Source: a virus (Duplodnaviria > Caudoviricetes). From it: a stretch of DNA of 37,664 bases. The position numbers were made by a program, and so were the translations under genes. Positions 8,020 through 15,753 of this stretch are shown one piece after another (position 1 is the first letter of the stretch; the number at the start of each line of letters is the position of its first letter). The stretch lies in IMG/VR virus record IMGVR_UViG_3300027892_000075, positions 1 through 37,664 of that record. The stretch is one strand, 5' to 3'. The notes beneath the pieces are model-generated. The model worked only from the letters and a program-made list of their open reading frames with translations, ran no database searches and was not told where the DNA came from.

Positions 8020-10089
8020 ATGGCCGGATTTGTACCGCCGCAAGAAGTACGCAATAACGCTAAACGCGGATTAGAGCTGCGCGCAAAATACAACCGGGGC
8101 GGAACCGAAGTAGGAGTAGCACGCGCAAGAGATTTATCCAACGGAGCAGCGCTATCATTAGACACAATTAAACGCATGAGTTCCTATTTCTCGCGGCACG
8201 AAGTAGACAAGAAGGGCGAAGGCTGGGGCAAAGATAGCGCCGGCTACATTGCTTGGCTACTCTGGGGCGGTGACGCAGGGTGGACATGGGCTAGAAAAAC
8301 AATCAGAGAAAATGAAACTAAGGAGAAATCAATCGTGAAAGACTTAACTACGGCGTTCTTTGAAATCGTAAAGGCAGATAAAAACGCAGACGGCACGATG
8401 ATGGTCTACGGCAAGGCTACTGACGACTCCTTAGACATAGATCAACAGATTTGCGACCCTACATGGCTAGACCGGGCAATGCCTGATTGGTTCAAAAGCG
8501 GCGGCAACATTAGAGAGCAGCACTCAAACATAGCAGCTGGCGTCGCAAAAGAATACGAGAAGAAGGCAGACGGCCACTACATACACGCGTTAGTAGTAGA
8601 CCCGATCAGCGTAAAGAAGGTAGACACCGGAGTATTAAAAGGATTCAGTATTGGTATTAAGTCACCGCGCATAATTCGAGACGAAAAGGCAGCCAACGGG
8701 CGTATTGTAGATGGCCAGATCGTCGAAGTAAGCCTAGTAGATCGCCCGGCCAACCCTAATTGCCAGCTTCTATTAGCCAAGAGCGTAAACGGCGAAACCG
8801 GAATCTGGAAAGTAGAAGAGCTGATTGAGAAGGCCGAAGACAAGCCTAATTACGAAGCCGTAAACGCCGGCGGAGGCAGTTCAGAGCCAGCGGATAAAGA
8901 ATTATACAATCGCGTAAAGGCGGAGGCAAAAGCCAAGTTCGACGTATACCCGTCTGCTTACGCTAATGCTTGGTTAGTACGCGAATACAAGAAGCGCGGC
9001 GGAACTTACAAGAAGAAAACAAAGAAGGGCGTTAATGTTATAGACTTTGATCGTAACTTAACAGAGAGCGACAAGATGACAACAGCCTCAGACCTTATTG
9101 ACGAAGCCAAGTCTCTCGTATCCGGCGAAACCCTAAAGTTCGATAAGAAACTTTACGAGTCAGCACGCAGCGCACTCGCGCAACTAATTGTGGTTGAAGC
9201 GAACGAAATGGATACGACGGGCAGCAACGAAGAAATGTCTATTGCTCATCTCCTTTCTGCCGTACACCATTTATTCGCTTGGTACGAGGGCGAAGAAGCA
9301 GAGGGAGAAGTCATGGAAGAAACAATCGAAATGTCCGCGAGCACCGAAAAGAAAATGGACAAAGCAATGTGTAAAGTTTGCGATAAAGCGGAAGACGCTT
9401 GTAACTGCGAAGGCGGATTTAAAGCTGCCGACGACGAAGAAACAGAAAAGGCCGCGCACAAAGAAATGAAGCCCAATAAAGGCGAAACAGAAAACGAATT
9501 CAAAGCCCGTTGTAAAGAAGCTGGCATGGAAGACGACGCGATCAAGGGCATGTGCGGTAAATACTTCGGCGCAGAAGCGGAGAAGAGCGCAGAAAACAAG
9601 TGCCTAGAATGCGGTTGCCATACACCGGAAGAATCCCATGGCCGTACTGATGTAAGTACAGCTGACATGGTATCCCCGGCTGACACGCCTAAGAGCGCAG
9701 AGTCCGCAGATACCGAAGAAGAAGAAACAAAAGATTCCACTACCGAAAGCGTAGAGGATGAAGTAAAAGCCATCGTAGAAGAGGCAGTAAAGAGCGCAAC
9801 GAAGTCTCTAACCGCAGAGATTGCCAATCTGATCGCCGCAAAAGAGGCAGCGTCAGATAAAGCAGTAGGTTTGGAAACAGAGTTAGCGGTTGCTAAGTCA
9901 CTCGCGGTTGCTGGTGGTCCAAAACGAACCATCAGGCCAGTAGATCACGCGTCAACAGATTTATTGGTGAAGGCCGCAACATACAAGGCTAAAGCAGACG
10001 CAACAACCGACCCGGATTTAGCAAAGGGATACAAGGCGCTATACCAAGAGTTTCTCGGTAAAGCGTCAGCCCTGAACGAATCCAACTAA
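8020..10089 (+). CDS. Multi-domain prohead protease / scaffold protein
   Basis: Protease core (VYGKAT..D..IREQH..GFSIG..EVSLVDRPANP), N-terminal AWLLWGGDAG domain, internal YPSAYANAWLVREYKKRGG domain, long acidic C-terminus; directly before the capsid gene. Confidence 0.8.
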   Translation: MAGFVPPQEVRNNAKRGLELRAKYNRGGTEVGVARARDLSNGAALSLDTIKRMSSYFSRHEVDKKGEGWGKDSAGYIAWLLWGGDAGWTWARKTIRENETKEKSIVKDLTTAFFEIVKADKNADGTMMVYGKATDDSLDIDQQICDPTWLDRAMPDWFKSGGNIREQHSNIAAGVAKEYEKKADGHYIHALVVDPISVKKVDTGVLKGFSIGIKSPRIIRDEKAANGRIVDGQIVEVSLVDRPANPNCQLLLAKSVNGETGIWKVEELIEKAEDKPNYEAVNAGGGSSEPADKELYNRVKAEAKAKFDVYPSAYANAWLVREYKKRGGTYKKKTKKGVNVIDFDRNLTESDKMTTASDLIDEAKSLVSGETLKFDKKLYESARSALAQLIVVEANEMDTTGSNEEMSIAHLLSAVHHLFAWYEGEEAEGEVMEETIEMSASTEKKMDKAMCKVCDKAEDACNCEGGFKAADDEETEKAAHKEMKPNKGETENEFKARCKEAGMEDDAIKGMCGKYFGAEAEKSAENKCLECGCHTPEESHGRTDVSTADMVSPADTPKSAESADTEEEETKDSTTESVEDEVKAIVEEAVKSATKSLTAEIANLIAAKEAASDKAVGLETELAVAKSLAVAGGPKRTIRPVDHASTDLLVKAATYKAKADATTDPDLAKGYKALYQEFLGKASALNESN

Positions 10090-10107
10090 CCCGAAAGGAC
10101 AATAACC

Positions 10108-11775
10108 ATGGCCGAAATGCCACGCGCTAAAGACCTCTTCGGCGACGCAACACCTATTGAAGCAGCAAACCGCATGGAGGAGTACACCGATTCACTCGGT
10201 AAGTCTCTCTCAAATGCGTCGTCTGTTCCGGGTCTTGCTCCAGCCGCCGATCCAGTCTCAGCAATCGAAGCGCTCGTTGCTAACAAGTCACTAACCGGAG
10301 ATGCCCTTGCTAACCTAAACAGCGCTCTCGCCTCACAGCGAACAGCGATGCAGGACATTCAAAAAGACGTAACACTTACATCTCCACTCTCAACATCTTT
10401 TGCTGCCTTCGACTTAGAAGCACCGGCAAAGCTGCTAACACCTCGCCCTACTCCACTCCGTAACCGAATCCCACGCAAAAAGGGAATTGGTACATCACAC
10501 CGCGTCAAGCGTATCCTCGGATACACAGGTACCGGTACAGGCGGAGTCGGCAATACATGGCCGGGAATTACAGAATCAACAACAACAGCATTTGGCTCGA
10601 TCAACTTCGAGCGTGGTCCAAAAATCTCGTATGCTGCTGATGATTTAATTCTGCCTTACAACTCTTACTCACTATCCGATAGCGTTTCATTTGACGCTAA
10701 CTTCTCGGGTCTGGGTTACCAAGACCTACGCCAACTTTCATCTACATCTACCCTCTACGCAACTATGTTGATGGAAGAGCGCATGATGTTGATGGCACGC
10801 GGAACAGCAAGCGGATACGCAGGAGCCTTAACAGCACCTACATTCGCACTTGCTTCTCCAGTAGCGTCAGGTTCACAGACAGCACTAGCCGCAACTACCT
10901 ACTACGTTAACGTCACAGCTGACGCAGGTATTTCAGGCTCAGGATTCGGTGAGTCAATCCTTGGAACAGAAGCGAGCACCGCCGTTGCTTCCGGAGACGT
11001 ACTAACAGTCGCCGTATCAACTGCCGTCTCAGGCGCACTTGGTTACAACATTTATGTTGGAACAGCAACAGGCGCAGCAAACTTGAAGTATCAGGGAACT
11101 CTAAAGGGAACTGGTACATTCACAATTCAGGGTGCTACTTCAATCCAGACAACAGGCAATACAGCACCATTCAAGACAACAACTGCCGCAGCTTCTCGCG
11201 CGTCTGCTGATACATCAGCATACGCAACAGGCTACGACGGAATCTTGCCAACAGTCTTGGGCGCAAACTCAGGCATTAACAGCGCCATTAACAGCACTTT
11301 CTCAACATCAAATCCGGGAGCTGAATACCAGACAGTATTCGCAAGTCTTTACGATTCAGTTAAGGCTGACCCAGACTTGGTATTGCTAAACGGCAATGAC
11401 CGCAAGCAACTTTCTGACGCGATCAAATCAGGCTCAACTGCTAACTACCGTCTAACTATTGACAATCCGGGAACAGGCGGAACTACTTATGGTTCCATCG
11501 TTACTGGACTACAAAACGAAGTTACCGGCAAGGCAGTAGACCTAGAGGTACACCCATGGCTACCGCAGGGCGTATCTCCAGTTCTCTCATTCACACTACC
11601 AATTCCAGATACCGAAGTTTCAGACGTATGGTCTAACTTTATGGTTCAGGATTACATGGGTATTCAATGGCCAGTTACACAATTTGCCTACGAATTCTCA
11701 ACTTATTTCCGTGGAACATTCTTCTGTACCGCTCCAGCATGGAACGGCGCAGTCTCAGGTATCGTTTCTGCTTAA
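10108..11775 (+). CDS. Major capsid protein with Ala/Thr/Gly-rich insertion
   Basis: Position after the protease, GAAAGGA RBS, FDLEAPAKLL.P.PTPLRNRIPR motif, followed by a hairpin. Confidence 0.8.
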   Translation: MAEMPRAKDLFGDATPIEAANRMEEYTDSLGKSLSNASSVPGLAPAADPVSAIEALVANKSLTGDALANLNSALASQRTAMQDIQKDVTLTSPLSTSFAAFDLEAPAKLLTPRPTPLRNRIPRKKGIGTSHRVKRILGYTGTGTGGVGNTWPGITESTTTAFGSINFERGPKISYAADDLILPYNSYSLSDSVSFDANFSGLGYQDLRQLSSTSTLYATMLMEERMMLMARGTASGYAGALTAPTFALASPVASGSQTALAATTYYVNVTADAGISGSGFGESILGTEASTAVASGDVLTVAVSTAVSGALGYNIYVGTATGAANLKYQGTLKGTGTFTIQGATSIQTTGNTAPFKTTTAAASRASADTSAYATGYDGILPTVLGANSGINSAINSTFSTSNPGAEYQTVFASLYDSVKADPDLVLLNGNDRKQLSDAIKSGSTANYRLTIDNPGTGGTTYGSIVTGLQNEVTGKAVDLEVHPWLPQGVSPVLSFTLPIPDTEVSDVWSNFMVQDYMGIQWPVTQFAYEFSTYFRGTFFCTAPAWNGAVSGIVSA

Positions 11776-11787
11776 TAAGTAAGGCGA

Positions 11788-11825
11788 GAGGGGGAGCGTT
11801 CTTAACGGAGCGCTCCCTCTTCTTC
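11788..11825 (+). terminator. Probable intrinsic terminator after the capsid gene
   Basis: GGGAGCGTTC-ttaac-GGAGCGCTCCC stem-loop followed by TCTTCTTC. Confidence 0.6.
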
Positions 11826-11846
11826 ATAAAAACAGGAGGAGGCAGC

Positions 11847-12125
11847 ATGGCAAAGAGAATGGTTGCGCCGGATAAAGGCGTAAAAGAAACAGTAGTAGGC
11901 AACAGAAGTTACACACCAAACAGGCAAGGCATTTATACAGTCAGCAACAGCGACGCAAAGGCAATGAAATCAGAAGGATTTATTGAAGCCTCTCTAATGG
12001 GGGCAACGATTAACAATGAAAATCTCGGATACACTTGCGTAGAGTGCGGATTCGGCAGCTGGTTTAAGATGTGCGGCCGGTGCGGACACGATAACGGCAA
12101 CGGGATTAAAACAGACGGGGATTAG
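11847..12125 (+). CDS. Hypothetical protein with C-terminal Zn-ribbon
   Basis: AGGAGG RBS then ATG at 11847; CVEC..CGRC. Confidence 0.7.
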   Translation: MAKRMVAPDKGVKETVVGNRSYTPNRQGIYTVSNSDAKAMKSEGFIEASLMGATINNENLGYTCVECGFGSWFKMCGRCGHDNGNGIKTDGD

Positions 12126-12127
12126 AC

Positions 12128-13015
12128 ATGGCGACCGGAGTAACTACGCAGCAAGCGTTCAATGAAAATCCATACCTAACCATCGCCGAATACAAGAATG
12201 CTCCGACAGCGATTGACATAGATAACTTAGTAGTAGGCGGTAACTCAGGAGCGCAAGACGCAGAGCTGGCTAACGTCATTCTAAGAGCTTCTAGTTTTAT
12301 GAACGAATACCTTAACCAAAACTTAAACGCGTCTACCCAGATCGAAAATCAGCGAACCCGAATGAACTCGCAGGGCTACTTAATAATACACCCGAACAAT
12401 AACCCGATCATTTCGCTACAAAGCCTTTCATACGGAACTGACCCAAATAACCTTATTGCGCTAGCCGACCCGTCAAAGTCATGGTTCGAGGAGCAGCAAA
12501 TAATTGTGCCACTTTCACAGCTGGCATTAACTTATTCCTCTCAGGGAGCACTCTCGTTCGGCGGAGCAGCACCGAGACAACAAATGTTTGTAACATACCA
12601 ATACACTTCCGGATACGCTAATAACCTAATCGCAACGGCAACAGCAACCCAGAGCACGCTGACAGTTCAGACAGCTGACGGAATAGTGGCCGGAATGACG
12701 CTAAGGATTTCAGACGGGGCAAGCAGCGAGCGAGTAGTCGTGGCCAGCACCTATACCTACGGCTCTACAACAGTTCCATTAACGGCTGCGTTGACCTATA
12801 CGCACGCTAGCGGCGTGGCCATAGGTAATTTACCAAATACGATTAAACAGGCCTGTATCCTCATTACAACGGCATTCTTGAAAATGCGCGGAGACAATTC
12901 CCTCACCATGAACATTACGACGCAGCCTAACGGCAACGTAAGCGGAGCAACGATGTACGGCGGAGACATTCAAACTGCCTTAACGATGCTTGATCTATAC
13001 AGACGGATTCGCTAG
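12128..13015 (+). CDS. Head-tail adaptor/neck protein
   Basis: Position; PYLTIAEYK N-terminus and LPNTIKQAC...LDLYRR C-terminus typical of adaptors. Confidence 0.65.
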   Translation: MATGVTTQQAFNENPYLTIAEYKNAPTAIDIDNLVVGGNSGAQDAELANVILRASSFMNEYLNQNLNASTQIENQRTRMNSQGYLIIHPNNNPIISLQSLSYGTDPNNLIALADPSKSWFEEQQIIVPLSQLALTYSSQGALSFGGAAPRQQMFVTYQYTSGYANNLIATATATQSTLTVQTADGIVAGMTLRISDGASSERVVVASTYTYGSTTVPLTAALTYTHASGVAIGNLPNTIKQACILITTAFLKMRGDNSLTMNITTQPNGNVSGATMYGGDIQTALTMLDLYRRIR

Positions 13016-13503
13016 TGGCAGGGCGCACCGGCGTACGCGCTACCCTTTACAACTGGCTAAACACCGGAAGCATTACAGGGCTAAACCAGATTTTTACATC
13101 ATTCCCGAAGCGCATTAACTACCAAGTTAATTCCACGCCCGGCCAACTAAGCAGAGCTGCGGTAGTAATCTTTATTCAAAGCGAGCGCGAGAGCCGTATA
13201 GCAATAGGCGGGGCAACTAACGGCTGGAAGAGAATTGACTACTCAGTAATTTTACAGGTCTACCAGCATTCAATGGAGCGCAACGCAGAAGCAGCGATGA
13301 CGACATTTGACACGCTGATTGACTCAATCAAAACCCGGCTGCGAGCTGACCATAATTTCGGAGACGCAACGGGCAATCTAGTCTGGCAAGGCGCAGAGCC
13401 GGCCATAAATACAACTTACGGAGAGCCGGCAACAGATAACGGCGGAGCGACGGAGACGTTTGCTGAGATACAATTCGATGTAACAGAGATGATACAAGCA
13501 TAG
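13015..13503 (+). CDS. Neck/tail terminator-like protein
   Basis: 162 aa, between adaptor and tail tube. Confidence 0.5.
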   Translation: MAGRTGVRATLYNWLNTGSITGLNQIFTSFPKRINYQVNSTPGQLSRAAVVIFIQSERESRIAIGGATNGWKRIDYSVILQVYQHSMERNAEAAMTTFDTLIDSIKTRLRADHNFGDATGNLVWQGAEPAINTTYGEPATDNGGATETFAEIQFDVTEMIQA

Positions 13504-13510
13504 GAGAAAC

Positions 13511-13672
13511 ATGAAGATCACAAACGAAGGTAACGACGAGCGGGTGTATCCTACGCTTGGCGTCACTCTAAAAGCCGGAGAGTCATTTGACGACGCGAAA
13601 GCAACAGCAACAAAGCCAACAGCACTAATACCGTCAGCCGCGTCTGACTCTACCGAAAAAGAGGTGAAGTAA
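13511..13672 (+). CDS. Small 53-aa hypothetical protein (not in the ORF track)
   Basis: AGGAG RBS; MKITNEGNDERVYPTLGVTLKAGESFDD...; fills the gap exactly. Confidence 0.7.
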   Translation: MKITNEGNDERVYPTLGVTLKAGESFDDAKATATKPTALIPSAASDSTEKEVK

Positions 13673-14659
13673 ATGTCCGTACAAAATTCCGTTCGCAGTT
13701 ACCTTGGAATTGCTAAAGAGGCAACTAAGGGAACCGCAGTAACGCCAACAGATTTCATACCAGTAATGGCCGGAAGCCTAAAGCCAGTAGACGTGATTGA
13801 CCCACTCTACGACGAAGGCCTACGCGGTTCACTCGTAAAGAATTACAACTACTTACCGGGTCGTACGCGCTCGACATACGACTTTGGCGGATCAGTATTC
13901 CCAGACACTATTGGATACGCGATCGCTGGCCTACTTGGCGACGTAGCAACAACAGGAGCAAGCGCGCCATTTACACACACTATTTCGCTAGAAAACAGCG
14001 CAGTAGCAGCGGCAGACGCTCAACCACTTTCATACACTATTACTGACTTCTACGCAGCGGCAGTACGCGCATACCCGGGTTGCCAATTCTCAGACTTCAC
14101 ATTGAAATTCAATGCTGACGGAATGTTGGAATACGACGCAAAGACAACAGGATTCGCAAGCGCGGCAGCGGCAACACCTACACCGAGCTTCTCAACTATC
14201 CTGCCTACTCAGGTATGGAAGGGTTCCGTGAGCATTGGTGCGACAACAATTACTAACAGCATTAGCGGCGAAATCGCCATGAAGCGACCAGTAACACCTA
14301 TTTACGGAATCTCAACAACACAAAACCCTTACAGCGTGTTCCTCGGAGCGCTAGAAGTAACCGGTAAGATCACTTTCGTAATGGAAGCTGACACAGAATT
14401 AACCCGTTACCTAACTAACACTCAGCCAGCCCTAGTCTTTAACTGGGCATACGGCGCGGCCGCAGCTGCGGTACAAATCCAAGCAACTCTAACAAAGGGC
14501 GCATACGTTGCGTCAGCGATCGAGCGCGGCTCAGATTTCGTACAGATTTCTGTTGACATTAACGGAATCGGTAACACTACCGACGCAGGAGCAAGCGCAG
14601 GATTCTCACCTATCAAGTGGGTATTACAGAACGCAAAGCCAAGCGGTACATACGCATAA
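13673..14659 (+). CDS. Major tail tube protein
   Basis: YLGIAKEATKGT N-terminus, 328 aa, precedes the chaperone and tape measure genes. Confidence 0.85.
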   Translation: MSVQNSVRSYLGIAKEATKGTAVTPTDFIPVMAGSLKPVDVIDPLYDEGLRGSLVKNYNYLPGRTRSTYDFGGSVFPDTIGYAIAGLLGDVATTGASAPFTHTISLENSAVAAADAQPLSYTITDFYAAAVRAYPGCQFSDFTLKFNADGMLEYDAKTTGFASAAAATPTPSFSTILPTQVWKGSVSIGATTITNSISGEIAMKRPVTPIYGISTTQNPYSVFLGALEVTGKITFVMEADTELTRYLTNTQPALVFNWAYGAAAAAVQIQATLTKGAYVASAIERGSDFVQISVDINGIGNTTDAGASAGFSPIKWVLQNAKPSGTYA

Positions 14660-14664
14660 CTAAT

Positions 14665-14750
14665 CAAGAGTAGGGGTAAGGTTGAGATCGAACGCCTTCC
14701 CGGTCTCCCTTCCCCTACTCCCTTGATTTACGCTAAGATAATTGGAAGGC
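14665..14750 (+). ncRNA. Long hairpin with possible pseudoknot (candidate cis-regulatory RNA)
   Basis: GAGTAGGGG/CCCCTACTC, AAGG/CCTT and GAGATCG/CGGTCTC stems; loop GCCTTCC (14694-14700) is complementary to GGAAGGC (14744-14750). Confidence 0.5.
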
Positions 14751-14768
14751 AAACAACAGGAGGCAATC

Positions 14769-15122
14769 ATGGAAAAAAACATCACTCTACCATCAGGCGC
14801 AACAGTTAAATTCAAAGACCCGGCACTACTACGGGTCAAAGACCGCAAGAAGGTAATGAAGGCGGCAGATTCAGAAACCGGCGACCTAGGCAAAGCGCTA
14901 GCGCTAGGCGAATCCATTATTGCGATGCTCGTAGAAGAGTGGTCATTTGACTTACTGATTCCGTCAATCAAGATTGAGTCAATCGAAGAATTAGAAATGG
15001 CCGATTACGACGCGCTAGTAGAGGCAACAGCTGACGCAAACAAAGTGCTATTCCCGTCATTGGCCAAGAATGACAAAAACGAGGCAGACCCAAAAGCGAT
15101 TACCGACAACTCGAAAGATTAA
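14769..15122 (+). CDS. Tail assembly chaperone (G-like)
   Basis: AGGAGG RBS at 14758-14763, ATG at 14769; slippery CCCAAAA near the 3' end. Confidence 0.8.
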   Translation: MEKNITLPSGATVKFKDPALLRVKDRKKVMKAADSETGDLGKALALGESIIAMLVEEWSFDLLIPSIKIESIEELEMADYDALVEATADANKVLFPSLAKNDKNEADPKAITDNSKD

Positions 15123-15319
15123 AATGGGTAATTAACGGAGGCAGCCGAGCTGACGAATTCGATTACCCTGATGAGCAATGGTTTTACTTTACAATGGCAG
15201 ATAGGTTCGGGTGGACACCGGAGCAAGTAGATAACCTGCCAGCTGGAACGGGAGATTGGCTAATTGCGATCGCGGGGGCGGTAGAAGAAATCAAAGCAGA
15301 GAGAGCAGAGCGTAACTAA
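15089..15319 (+). CDS. Tail assembly chaperone frameshift extension (GT-like), -1 frame
   Basis: C CCA AAA heptamer at 15089-15095; the -1 frame reads SDYRQLERLKW...MADRFGWTPEQVDNLP...RN* and ends immediately before the next ATG. Confidence 0.8.
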   Translation, partial: PKSDYRQLERLKWVINGGSRADEFDYPDEQWFYFTMADRFGWTPEQVDNLPAGTGDWLIAIAGAVEEIKAERAERN

Positions 15320-15751
15320 ATGGGCGCAATAATCGTACGCAATCTCTCGCAAGTAATGAACGGGCTAACGGCCTTTGAAAAAAACATAATGGAGGCCGGA
15401 GAATTTGCGATCGCTCAGGCAGGATTTGCGCTAGAACGAGAAGCCAAGAAAAACGCTAATACCGGCACTCACGCAAGAGGCGAAGGCCATCTCCCGGGAA
15501 CGGGTCCGGGTCCGAACGTAGTTACCGGAACTTTACGCCGAAGCATTACAACAGAAGTGCGATACGGATTTGGAAGTTACATTGCTACGGTGGGTCCAAC
15601 AGTAGAATACGCACGCGCCGTAGAATTAGGACACCCAAAATGGCGCGGCAAGCGGTATCCTTACCTAATACCAGCGGCAGGGAAGTTGATCGGTAACGGA
15701 ACTTTAAACCGGGTATTTACTAACGCGTTCAAATCTAGGTATAAGGGGTAA
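15320..15751 (+). CDS. HK97-gp10-like tail completion protein
   Basis: VVTGTLRRSI, VGPTVEYARAVELG and YPYLIPA motifs. Confidence 0.75.
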   Translation: MGAIIVRNLSQVMNGLTAFEKNIMEAGEFAIAQAGFALEREAKKNANTGTHARGEGHLPGTGPGPNVVTGTLRRSITTEVRYGFGSYIATVGPTVEYARAVELGHPKWRGKRYPYLIPAAGKLIGNGTLNRVFTNAFKSRYKG

Positions 15752-15753
15752 AA

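Noticed and set aside
11776-11787. AGTAAGGC after the capsid stop as a fourth promoter copy
   Set aside because: Lacks the GGGCGACAAA box and the -10/AACA parts; probably chance.
11667-11846. Long N-terminal extensions given by the ORF track (11667, also 14742, 23118, 27187, 29120, 29941, 33540)
   Set aside because: Downstream ATGs have clear RBSs, stop/start overlaps or a leaderless-type -10 box, and the extensions cross terminators or other genes.
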